DNA of 58,541 nt from Deltaproteobacteria bacterium (GTDB lineage Bacteria; Myxococcota_A; UBA9160; UBA6930). A program made the translations under genes and the position numbers. A model generated the notes under the pieces. It was not told the origin of the DNA, did no database searches, and was given only the letters and a program-made list of their open reading frames with translations. The stretch is from positions 1-58,541 of the forward strand of contig NYZB01000276.1 of NCBI GenBank assembly GCA_002687015.1, in the 5' to 3' direction. Shown here piece by piece: positions 50,933 through 58,541 of this stretch (positions within the stretch are counted from its first letter, which is position 1; each line of letters opens with the position of its first letter).

Positions 50933-52435
50933 TCAGCTCTCGCCCAGGTCCGCCTTGACCTTTCGGCGCAGCAGCTTGCCCGTCTCGTTGTAGGGCAGCT
51001 CGTCCCAGAACTCGAGCCGCTGGGGCGCGCGCGAGGAGCGCAGGTGCTCCTTGACCCAGCCCTGCAGGTCCTCGGCCGTCACCTCGGAGCCGGACTTGCG
51101 GACGATCACGGCGCCGACGCCCTCCCCCCACTGCTCGTCGGGGATGCCCACCACGGCGCAGTCGGCGACGTCGGCGTGCTCGTGGAGCACGTCCTCGATC
51201 TCGCCCGGCGAGAGGTTCTCACCGCCGCGGACGATCACGTCGTCGATCCGGCCGTCGATGAAGAGGTAGCCCTCTTCGTCGAGGTAGCCGCCGTCGTTGG
51301 TGGGGAACCAGCCTCCCTCGATCAGCAGGCTGCCGCGGCCCACGTACTCGCCGGAGACCTGCTCGCCGCGCACGTGGATCTCGCCGCGTTGGCCGGGGGG
51401 CAGCGCCTTGCCGGCTTCGTCGCGGATCTCGACCTCGATGCTGGGCAGGGGCCGGCCGGCGGAGGCCAGGCGCTTGCGCGCCTCGGGAGAATCGGCGGCG
51501 GCCGCCGCGCGGTGATCGTCGGGGCCCAGCACGGCGATCGTCGAGCTGGTCTCCGTCAGGCCGTAGGCGTTCGTGAAGTCCGTTTCGGTGAACTGGCGCA
51601 TGGCCCGGTCGATCACGGGAAGGGGCATCTTGCCGCCCCCATAGGCGAGGGATCGCAACGCAGAGGGGCTGGAGGCGCCGCTCGCCTCCAGCTCGTCGAT
51701 GATGCGCGAGAGCATGGTGGGCACGACGAAGGCGTTGGTGATCGCCTCCTTCTCGGCCAGGCGAAGCCACTCGGCGGCGTCGAAGTTCGGGAGCTGCACG
51801 ATGCGGCGGCCCGCGTAGAGCGAGCTCATGAGCGCCGCCATGCCGGCGACGTGGTAGGGCGGCACGCTGACCAGGACCGCGTCGGCGTCGTCCGAGCCCA
51901 TGAACTCCACCGAGCCCAGGATGTACGAGACCATGTGCTTGTGCCGGAGCACCGCGGCCTTGGGTACGCCGGTGGTCCCGCTCGTGAAGAGCAGGATCGC
52001 GATCTCCTCGGGGTCCATCTGCCAGTCGGGGTCCGGCACCTCGCCCGTGCCGCGCGCGATCCCGAGGAACTCCTCGCGTGTGACGACCTGGATGCCGTCG
52101 CGGCCTCGCAGCTGCTCTGCGCGCTGGTCGTCGGTCACGAGCAGCGCGGGTGTGATTCGCTCGATCAGCGCGTCGAGCTCGTCTCCGGTGAGGCGGTAGT
52201 TGAGCGGCACGAAGGGAAGCCCGGCCCAGCCCGCCCCGAAGAGCGCCAGCGGAACCGCGGGGCTCGACACGTCGAGGATCGCGGCGTGCTCCACGCCCGC
52301 CCCGCGGAAGTGGGACGCGACCCGGCCGGCCCCGGCGAAGAGCTCGCCGATGGTCCAGCGGTCGTCCCCACATTGGATCCCGGTGCGCTCTCCCATCGCC
52401 TGGGAGCCCATCTCCAGCAACATCATCACGTTCAT
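50933..52435 (-). CDS. AMP-dependent acyl-CoA synthetase/ligase (ANL superfamily)
   Basis: 500 aa. LLFTSGTTGVPKAA (AMP-binding motif), YGLTETS, GWFPTNDGGY, RGGENLSPGEIE, ETGKLLRRK. Confidence 0.85.
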   Translation of the reverse strand: MNVMMLLEMGSQAMGERTGIQCGDDRWTIGELFAGAGRVASHFRGAGVEHAAILDVSSPAVPLALFGAGWAGLPFVPLNYRLTGDELDALIERITPALLVTDDQRAEQLRGRDGIQVVTREEFLGIARGTGEVPDPDWQMDPEEIAILLFTSGTTGVPKAAVLRHKHMVSYILGSVEFMGSDDADAVLVSVPPYHVAGMAALMSSLYAGRRIVQLPNFDAAEWLRLAEKEAITNAFVVPTMLSRIIDELEASGASSPSALRSLAYGGGKMPLPVIDRAMRQFTETDFTNAYGLTETSSTIAVLGPDDHRAAAAADSPEARKRLASAGRPLPSIEVEIRDEAGKALPPGQRGEIHVRGEQVSGEYVGRGSLLIEGGWFPTNDGGYLDEEGYLFIDGRIDDVIVRGGENLSPGEIEDVLHEHADVADCAVVGIPDEQWGEGVGAVIVRKSGSEVTAEDLQGWVKEHLRSSRAPQRLEFWDELPYNETGKLLRRKVKADLGES

Positions 52436-52489
52436 CGCACACCACCCCCACGATCACGAAGGGGTCAGGCCCCGTCGTGAGCTGTGGGT

Positions 52490-52798
52490 TCAATCGGAGG
52501 AGGGGAGGGCCTTGGCTTCCTTCAGGGTCAGGGCGTCGCCGCCCACTGCGAGGGAGCCTTCGCCGGGCTTCGTGCAGAGGAGCTCCAGATCGCCCGCCTC
52601 GTTCACGTAGCGCTTGCCGATCTGGGTGCCGTTCTTGTGGCTGGGATCGACGTCGCCGCCCGGGGCGTCGGCCGCGGCGTCCACCATCGCGGCGCCACCG
52701 CAGGTCAGATCCAGGTCTCCGTCCGGCGCCGCGATCACCATCACCTGGGTGTCGCAGACGCCGCTCTTCAGGCGGGAGCCAGCCTTGAGTGCAGCCAT
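52490..52798 (-). CDS. Small hypothetical protein, 102 aa
   Basis: ATG 52798 with GGAGGA RBS and good GC3 bias (MAALKAGSRLKSGVCDTQVMVIAAPDG...GKRYVNEAGDLELLCTKPGEGSL). It follows the acyl-CoA synthetase gene's divergent region. Confidence 0.5.
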   Translation of the reverse strand: MAALKAGSRLKSGVCDTQVMVIAAPDGDLDLTCGGAAMVDAAADAPGGDVDPSHKNGTQIGKRYVNEAGDLELLCTKPGEGSLAVGGDALTLKEAKALPSSD

Positions 52799-53127
52799 CG
52801 TCGGGGTCCTCCAGCTTGTTCGATCGCGCGACCGGTCCGGCTCGCGCACTTCGAGAGTATGGGCATTCGGATCCGGAGCCGACCGACCGGGTCCCTGGTC
52901 ATGTCGACCATGGCCCCTGCCCGTGGCTCCGGCAGGTGGGTTCGAGCGAGGGTGGATTCTAACCCCTCTTCGGACTCCGCGTGAGGGACCGCCATCCGCC
53001 GGGCGCCGGGTCTCCCACCGGGGGATCGGGGCCCAGAGAGCCCTCCCGAGCCCGGACGTGGGCCCTCCGGCAGGGAGGGGCCCCCGCCTCGCCACTGGCC
53101 CATCGCAGCCGGGAGCCGTAGCGTCCG

Positions 53128-53846
53128 ATGCCGATGCGGCCCACGGCGATCTTCATTCCGGCCTACCAGGCCGAGCACACCGTGGCGGCGGTGATCGAGC
53201 GGATCCCCGAGGAGGCCTGCCGGCTCTCTGCGAGGTCACGGTGATCAACGACGGCAGCTCCGATGGCACCAGCGATGCGGTCCGGGCGGTCGCCAGGCGC
53301 TTCCCCAAGGTGCGGCTGATCGAGGAGGCCCAGAACCGGGGCTACGGCTCGGCGGGTCGCAAGGGCCTGCGCCTCGCGCTCGAGACCCCGGCCGAGTACG
53401 TGGTCTGTCTCCACGCCGATGGCCAGTATCCGCCGGAGAAGCTCCCCGAGTTCATCCCCTTCATGGCGGAGCAGGGCATCGACGTCCTGCAGGGCTCCCG
53501 CCACAAGGATGGGACGGCCCTCGAGGGAGGGATGCCCGCCTACAAGGTGTTCGCCGGCAAGATCCTCACCTGGCTGGAGAACCGCACCTTCGATCTGCAG
53601 ATGACCGACTACCACTCGGGCTTCATGCTCTACAGCCGCCGGGCGGTGGAGGTCATCCCCTTCGACGAGCTCTCGACCTACTTCGACTTCGACCTCGAGG
53701 TGATCGCCCGCGCCCGCGGGCTGGCCGTGGGCGAGCTCGGGATTCCGACCCACTACGGGGACGAGGAATCCCACCTGAACCCCATCTGGTACGGCCTGCG
53801 CTGTCTGCGCGTGATGCTGCGCTACCGCCTGGGGCGCTACGCCTAG
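53128..53846 (+). pseudogene. GT2 family glycosyltransferase with an apparent single-nt frameshift near 53205-53230
   Basis: The N-terminus MPMRPTAIFIPAYQAEHTVAAVIERIPEE stops at 53244. The remainder (LCEVTVINDGSSDGT...LHADGQYPPE...IPTHYGDEESH) continues in the -1 frame to 53846. It is collinear with the GT2 half of 44275..45837. Confidence 0.65.
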
Positions 53847-53891
53847 GAGCGCCTGCTCAAGCCGGCTGCCCGCCCGGTCGATCCGCTGGGC

Positions 53892-54221
53892 ATGCGTGGC
53901 GAAGCCGTCCTCCTGAGCAATACCGAGGAGATCCCCGGGCGTGCGATCCGGGAGCACCACGGCGTGGTGTCGGGCAGCACGGTGCGGGCCAAGCACCTGG
54001 GGCGGGACATCATGGCCGGCCTCAAGAACCTCGTGGGCGGCGAGCTCAAGGGCTACACCGAGCTGTTGCAGGAAGCGCGCCAGGAAGCGCTGGAGCGCAT
54101 GATCGAAGAAGCGCAGAAGGCCGGCGCCAATGCCGTGGTCAACGTGCGCTTCCAGACGAGCTCGGTCGCCCAGGGCGCGGCGGAGCTCTTCGCCTACGGC
54201 ACGGCCGTGACCGTCGGCTGA
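53892..54221 (+). CDS. YbjQ/UPF0145 family protein
   Basis: 109 aa. GVVSGSTVRAKHLGRDIMAGLKNLVGGELKGYTELL...ANAVVNVRF typical of YbjQ_1. Confidence 0.8.
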   Translation: MRGEAVLLSNTEEIPGRAIREHHGVVSGSTVRAKHLGRDIMAGLKNLVGGELKGYTELLQEARQEALERMIEEAQKAGANAVVNVRFQTSSVAQGAAELFAYGTAVTVG

Positions 54222-54223
54222 CC

Positions 54224-54712
54224 ATGGAGGCGGAGCCGGCCTTCCCGTTGCTGCGCCTGCTGCTTCCGCTGCTGCTCCTGGCCATGGGCTGGCTGGTGGG
54301 AGGGGCCATCGAGCGGGCGCATCTCAGGCGGCTGCGCCTGCGCGAGATCCACTGGAGGCGCCTGCCGCTCGTGACCCTGCGGGAGCCGCCCGAGGCCTGG
54401 CAGGTGCAGCGCGCAGGGCTGGTGGTCGGCAGCGTCGTCGTCTCGATCGACTACTGGAAGCGGATGATGGCCTTCTTCCGCAGCCTCGTCGGCGGGAGGG
54501 TGCGCGCCTACGAATCCCTCCTCGAGAGGGCGCGGCGCGAGGCCCTGCTCCGCCTGAAGGAGACCGCCCACGGGGCGGGCTTCGACGCCGTGCTCGGCGT
54601 GCGGCTGGAGACGGCCCGTCTGGCGAGCGCATCTCGCGACGGCGAGGGAACGGCGGGAGTCGAGATCGTCGCCTTCGGGACCGGAGTGACCCGGAGCCAG
54701 GAGCCGGGCTAG
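54224..54712 (+). CDS. Membrane-anchored YbjQ-like domain protein
   Basis: N-terminal TM LLRLLLPLLLLAMGWLVGGAI, followed by a YbjQ-like core (SVVVSIDYWKRMMAFFRSLVGGRVRAYESLLERARREAL...FDAVLGVRLE). Confidence 0.65.
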   Translation: MEAEPAFPLLRLLLPLLLLAMGWLVGGAIERAHLRRLRLREIHWRRLPLVTLREPPEAWQVQRAGLVVGSVVVSIDYWKRMMAFFRSLVGGRVRAYESLLERARREALLRLKETAHGAGFDAVLGVRLETARLASASRDGEGTAGVEIVAFGTGVTRSQEPG

Positions 54713-55442
54713 GGCTGGGCGGGGTGCAGGCCAGCCGGCCGGCCGTACTGCTCGAAGTAGTGGGTCATGGTGACCCGAAGGGTCTCCCGGAGGCTGGTCT
54801 TCGGCTTCCAGCCGAGCCGGGCTTCCGCCTTCGAGACGTCCGGAACCCGGCGATCGCAGTCCTCGTAGCCATCGCCGTAGAACTTCTCGCCCGTGATCTC
54901 CTCGATCGGATGCTCGAGGAAGGCGTCCTTGCCGGTGATCTCGGCGGCGAGCTCGCGCATCATGAGAGCGAGCTCCTTCATCGTCACCTCGCCGCCGCGG
55001 TTGCCCACGTTGAAGACGTGGTTCTGGGCGCCCTTCGGGTTGTCGAGCATCAAGCTGAGCGCGTCGATGGCGTCGTCGATGTAGGTGATCGTGCGGTAGG
55101 CGCCCCCACCGTCGACGAGCTGATCGGCTTGTCGTCGAGGAGCGCCGTCATGAAGCAGGCCAGCACTCGCGGCACGCCCTCGCCATCGCGGCCGGGGATG
55201 AAGTCCATGCGCGCGCCGAACCAGTTGTAGGGGCGGATCATCGTGAACGGCATCCCGTTCTCGACGTTGTGCGCGAAGATGTAGCGCTGGTGGAAGGAGA
55301 GCCTCGGGTCGTCCAGGTGCTGGGAGATCTTGTCGTAGGAGACGTCCCACCCCTCGACGTGCACGTCTCCGGAGGCCAGCAACCGGTCGGTGAGGTGGCT
55401 CCCCACGAAGCCGCCGCAGCCGAGGATGATGACCTTCTTCAT
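54709..55442 (-). pseudogene. NAD-dependent epimerase/dehydratase (ArnA C-terminal / UDP-glucuronate decarboxylase-like) remnant with an in-frame internal deletion and a frameshift
   Basis: ATG 55442 with GGAGGG RBS. MKKVIILGCGGFVGSHL Rossmann start, then LSFHQ|RYIFAHNVENGMPFTMIRPYNW (junction about 55284-55292). This skips the segment that normally carries the Ser and YxxxK catalytic residues. A frame change at about 55121 (..LLDDKPI|QLVDGGGAYRTITYIDD..) is consistent with one missing nt. Confidence 0.7.
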
Positions 55443-55651
55443 CGTTCCCTCCGAGACCACCCGGGCGATGCCCGCTCGGCACGGGCGCAGGAGGGACCGT
55501 TGCGGCAGCCCAAACCCCTCCGGGCCGGCCGCGAGAACCCTCCGCCTCGCGCGCCGGGATTGGCATTCGATGAAGGCCCCGCACCCTTGGGTCCCCGAGG
55601 GGACTTCGCCGCGGGGGCTTGAAAAGCGATTCCCGAGTTCGTAGAGTCGCG

Positions 55652-55687
55652 CTGAAATTGAAAGGCGTTTTCAGTTTCAGTTGAAAC
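55652..55687. promoter_or_regulatory. AT-rich imperfect 12-bp inverted repeat with reiterated TGAAA motifs upstream of the zinc-ribbon ORF
   Basis: CTGAAATTGAAA-GGCGT-TTTCAGTTTCAG (11 of 12 complementary), followed by TTGAAAC. It lies in the divergent region between 55442 (-) and 55716 (+). Confidence 0.3.
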
Positions 55688-55715
55688 TCGACTCGTCGAC
55701 CCCGGACCCCCTCGC

Positions 55716-55874
55716 ATGGCGTCTTCTCCGGACCTCCATCCCCCGACCTCGAGCGACTGCCGCTGCCTCTGCGGCAGCCTGCTCGCACGTGTGGTGGATG
55801 GTGGGGTCGAGCTGAAGTGCCGTCGCTGCAAGCGCACCACCTGGCTGCCGCTTCAGGACGGGGAGCCCGAATGA
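55716..55874 (+). CDS. Small (52-aa) zinc-ribbon protein, Com-like (not in the ORF track)
   Basis: MASSPDLHPPTSSDCRCLCGSLLARVVDGGVELKCRRCKRTTWLPLQDGEPE. The CxC...CxxC pattern and spacing resemble Mu Com-type zinc fingers. GC3-rich codons. Confidence 0.45.
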   Translation: MASSPDLHPPTSSDCRCLCGSLLARVVDGGVELKCRRCKRTTWLPLQDGEPE

Positions 55875-55965
55875 CCCCTCTTCACTCCGAGGCCAGAGAC
55901 CGAGAGTCCCGAGCCCTTCCTGCCGCACCCCGCGAGATCGGGGCCGCGCGCATGGAGGTGCCTCC

Positions 55966-57258
55966 GTGGCCCCTGCTCTCCGGATCCTCTTCGCAGCCCT
56001 CGTGATTGCCGCACCGGCCATCGCCGACGACGACGCCGTCCGCGCCCGGGACGACCGGATCGCCGACCTCGAGCGCCAGATGGGTGTGCTCGTCGACGAG
56101 CTCTCACGCCTGCGCACCCAGGTCGCCGTACCGGAGGAGCCCGAGCTGAAGAGCTTCTACGGTCTCGGGCCGGCGGCCTCCAAGGTCTACGGGAGCAACC
56201 GGGGTCTCTCGATCGGCGGCTACGGCGAGGCCTTCTACACGAACTTCGTGGGCGACGAGTCCGACAGCGACCGGGACCTGTCCGACTTCCTGCGCTTCGT
56301 CACCTACATCGGATACAAGTTCAACGAGGACATCGTGTTCAACTCGGAGATCGAGTACGAGCACGCCTCGACCGGCGAGGCCGGCTCCGTCTCGGTCGAG
56401 CTCGCGACCCTCGACTTCTTCTGGAAGCCCGAGGTCAACTTCCGCGCCGGCTTGATGCTGCTGCCCATGGGCTTCTTGAACGAGGTCCACGAGCCCCCCT
56501 TCTTCTACGGGGTGCAGCGGCCCGAGACCGAGCGGCGGATCCTGCCCAGCACCTGGCGCGAGAACGGCGTCGGCCTCTTCGGGAAGATCGGCGAGAGCAT
56601 CGAGTACCGCACCTACGTCACGACCGGCTTCGATGCCACGGGCTTCTCGGATTCCGGGATCCGCGGCGGGCGACAGAAGGGCAGCAAGGCCCTTGCCGAG
56701 GACCTGGCCTGGGTGATCCGGGCGGACTGGACGCCGGAGTGGGTGCCCGGGCTCCAGCTGGGCGGCTCCTTCTACGTCGGCGATTCGGGACAGGACAGCG
56801 AGACGGCGGTGGGTGACGTGCCCGACGCGCAGCTCTGGATCGGCGAAGCCCACGCCCAGTACAGGAAGGGCGGCTTCCACTCCCGGGCCCTGCTGGCCTA
56901 CTCCCAGCTCTCGGATGCGAGCGACCTGAACGCCGCGTTGGGGCGCCCCCAGGCCAGGCCGATCGCCAGCAAGATGCTCGGCGCCTACGGCGAGGTCGCC
57001 TACGACGTCTGGCCCTGGCTCTTCGGGAACGAGGAGAAGGCCCTCGAGCCCTTCCTGCGGGTCGAGTACGTGGACACCCAGTTCGAGGTGCCGAGCGGCT
57101 ACTCCGCGAACCGGCGCAACGCCTACTGGCTCTACACGCCCGGGATCAACTTCTACCCGCACCCGAACGTCGTGCTGAAGATCGAGTACAGGAACTTCAA
57201 CTCGCGGGGCGGCACCCGGCCCGACGAGCTCTCCCTCGGAATGGGATTTGCCTTCTAG
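55966..57258 (+). CDS. Outer-membrane beta-barrel porin-like protein with N-terminal coiled coil
   Basis: GTG 55966 with GGAGG 7 nt upstream. Signal peptide MAPALRILFAALVIAAPAIA. Alternating beta-strand pattern. C-terminal ...LSLGMGFAF (terminal Phe, OMP signature). Confidence 0.7.
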   Translation: MAPALRILFAALVIAAPAIADDDAVRARDDRIADLERQMGVLVDELSRLRTQVAVPEEPELKSFYGLGPAASKVYGSNRGLSIGGYGEAFYTNFVGDESDSDRDLSDFLRFVTYIGYKFNEDIVFNSEIEYEHASTGEAGSVSVELATLDFFWKPEVNFRAGLMLLPMGFLNEVHEPPFFYGVQRPETERRILPSTWRENGVGLFGKIGESIEYRTYVTTGFDATGFSDSGIRGGRQKGSKALAEDLAWVIRADWTPEWVPGLQLGGSFYVGDSGQDSETAVGDVPDAQLWIGEAHAQYRKGGFHSRALLAYSQLSDASDLNAALGRPQARPIASKMLGAYGEVAYDVWPWLFGNEEKALEPFLRVEYVDTQFEVPSGYSANRRNAYWLYTPGINFYPHPNVVLKIEYRNFNSRGGTRPDELSLGMGFAF

Positions 57259-57865
57259 ACGCGCACCCATCGCCCTCGTCCTCGCGAGCCTCGTCGCCAC
57301 GGCGGGCGCCCTGCCCGCTGCGGCCGAGGCCTTCCTCAGCAAGAGAGAGGCCCTCGAGCTCGCCTTCCCCGATGCCGATCGAGTCGAGCATCGGTCCTTC
57401 GCCCTGGACGACGAGCAGGCCGAGCAGGTCCAGCAGCTATCCCGGCATCCCCTCGAGTCGCGGCTGGTCACGATCCACACGGGATTCGTGGGGGATCGCG
57501 TCACGGGCCATGCGGTCATCGACGTCCACACGGTGCGAACCCTGCCCGAGGCCTTCATGGTGGTCCTGACACCCGAGGGAGCGGTGCGCTCCGTGCGCAT
57601 CCTCGCCTTTCACGAGCCACCCGAGTTCCGGCCGCCGGATCGCTGGCTGCGCCAGTTCGAGACGTCGGGAGCCGGGGAGCCGTCCGAGCTGCTGCGGGTC
57701 GGTGCCCGGATCCACGGCATCGCGGGCTCGACCCTCTCCGCCCGGGCCGCCACCGGAGGCGTGCGGCGCTCCCTCGCCCTCTACGAGGTGCTCGTCCGAA
57801 CCGCGGAAACGCCGGTCGCCAACCGCGAGAGAAGCGGGGCCTCTCCTGGCGTCGGCGGAAGCTAA
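57248..57865 (+). CDS. Exported FMN-binding domain protein
   Basis: Signal peptide IALVLASLVATAGALPAAAEA. IHGIAGSTLSARAATGGVRRSL matches the FMN_bind (NqrC/RnfG-type) flavinylation motif. TTG start overlaps the porin 3' end. Confidence 0.7.
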   Translation: MPSRRAPIALVLASLVATAGALPAAAEAFLSKREALELAFPDADRVEHRSFALDDEQAEQVQQLSRHPLESRLVTIHTGFVGDRVTGHAVIDVHTVRTLPEAFMVVLTPEGAVRSVRILAFHEPPEFRPPDRWLRQFETSGAGEPSELLRVGARIHGIAGSTLSARAATGGVRRSLALYEVLVRTAETPVANRERSGASPGVGGS

Positions 57866-57895
57866 GCGGCCGACGCGCCGAAGCAGGGAGGTCGT

Positions 57896-58399
57896 GTGCG
57901 TTTCGTCGTGACGGGGGAGTGGAGCCGCAATCGGCTCCTCCAGACGATCGTCGTGCTCTACGTGCTCTACGTCGCGGGGCTCTGGGTGACGAACTTCCTG
58001 CTCTACTTCCACAAGATGGGGCTCAGCTACACGTCGGTGGTCGAGTACTACCTGGGCTCCGAGGCGCGCTTCCTCCAACCCCGAAGCTACCAGGGGCTGC
58101 TCGAGATCTCGCACTTCCACTTCTTCGCGATGGGCATGCTGCTGCTGGTGCTCACCCACCTCATCCTCTTCGTGCCCCTCCGGAACGGCACGAAGGTGTG
58201 GCTGATCGCGCTGCCCTTCGTCTCCGCCCTCCTCGAGGAGGGTGCGAGCTGGCTGGTGCGCTTCGCCCACCCGGGCTTCGCCTACCTGAAGATCGCGAGC
58301 TTCCTGCTGCTCCAGGGGAGCCTGCTGGCCCTGATGGTGATCTCCCTCTGGTCGGTCTTCGCCGCCTCCTCGAGGAACTACCAGAGCGGCGAAGGCTAG
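57896..58399 (+). CDS. Integral membrane protein (4 TM), unknown function
   Basis: GTG 57896 with AGGGAGG RBS, 167 aa, four hydrophobic helices, conserved-looking His residues (EISHFHFF, LTHLILF). Confidence 0.6.
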   Translation: MRFVVTGEWSRNRLLQTIVVLYVLYVAGLWVTNFLLYFHKMGLSYTSVVEYYLGSEARFLQPRSYQGLLEISHFHFFAMGMLLLVLTHLILFVPLRNGTKVWLIALPFVSALLEEGASWLVRFAHPGFAYLKIASFLLLQGSLLALMVISLWSVFAASSRNYQSGEG

Positions 58400-58541
58400 A
58401 GCCGGCCTCAGAAATGTGAAACGCGTGTCGGCCTTCCTCGGAGGGTCGGGCACGGTGACTGCTCCCCCGGCAAAGCCGGGGGCATCAGGTGAGCCGCTCA
58501 AAGCGGCTGGACGGGGCCGCTGCGCGGCCCCTGGCGCCCCC

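Noticed and set aside
55871-56005. 44-aa ORF (MTPLHSEARDRES...) between the zinc-ribbon ORF and the porin
   Set aside because: It overlaps the porin signal-peptide region in another frame. It has mediocre codon bias and no motif. It was kept only as a note on the ATGA overlap.
56104-58501. ORFs 56104..57600 (-) and 57437..58501 (-)
   Set aside because: They are antisense to the porin, FMN-binding and membrane protein genes, with low-complexity translations.
1-58541. 20S proteasome subunits, RING/HECT-type E3, exosortase (EpsH), PrsK/PrsR, arsR, apbE
   Set aside because: I looked for them because neighbouring genes predict them. No ORF in the window has the corresponding motifs. Their absence is noted in the findings rather than any feature being called.
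1-58541. CRISPR arrays, rRNA, tRNA, prophage or integrative elements
   Set aside because: There are no regularly spaced direct repeats and no rRNA-like conserved blocks. The only tRNA-like T-arm fragment (GGGTTCGAGCG near 52940-52955) lacks complementary stems. There are no integrase or phage structural genes.

Overview
Very GC-rich bacterial chromosomal window from a diderm organism (lipoboxes, an outer-membrane beta-barrel, PEP-CTERM sorting signals). I call about 52 protein-coding genes. By eye I find no rRNA, tRNA, CRISPR array, transposase, integrase or phage genes. There are three blocks. (1) 1-4.7 kb holds a tightly coupled plus-strand operon: an E1-like ThiF enzyme (5' end cut by the window), an E2-like protein with an HPN...C signature, a ubiquitin-like beta-grasp protein ending in ...SAG, a JAB/JAMM isopeptidase, a proteasomal-type AAA+ ATPase (coiled coil + OB + classic AAA) and an 80-aa orphan gene. 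A complete Ubl-conjugation set physically coupled to a PAN/Mpa-like unfoldase, with no 20S subunits or E3 in view, is the best candidate for an undescribed system. (2) 13-45 kb and 53-55.5 kb form a cell-envelope glycosylation / PEP-CTERM island. It contains two TMTC/PMT-like GT-C enzymes with TPR tails, another GT-C-like membrane protein, two DUF2142 proteins, GT2 enzymes, a DUF2304 protein, methyltransferases, two large TPR lipoproteins, two sulfatase-like (Thr-nucleophile type) enzymes and two fused MFS/spermidine-synthase-like proteins. Two about 0.78-kb inverted paralogous PEP-CTERM genes, each with its own conserved terminator, bracket an 18.3-kb cassette, and one copy has a near-consensus sigma-54 promoter. 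No exosortase is present in the window. (3) The rest is housekeeping and acyl-CoA-type metabolism: SDRs, crotonases, a CoA-transferase, an acyl-CoA synthetase, an LLM oxidoreductase and amidohydrolases. It also includes arsM with a clear promoter/operator, a truncated globin, cca, a ThuA-MFS-ThuA-SDR cluster, and a porin / FMN-binding / membrane-protein trio. Several genes are disrupted by single-nt frameshifts (AAA+, D-aminoacylase, GT2, epimerase, DUF2142), by a perfect 28-bp tandem duplication, or by internal deletions. Sequencing error versus real decay cannot be decided from the sequence alone. Many long ORFs in the six-frame track are GC-driven shadow ORFs and were not called.
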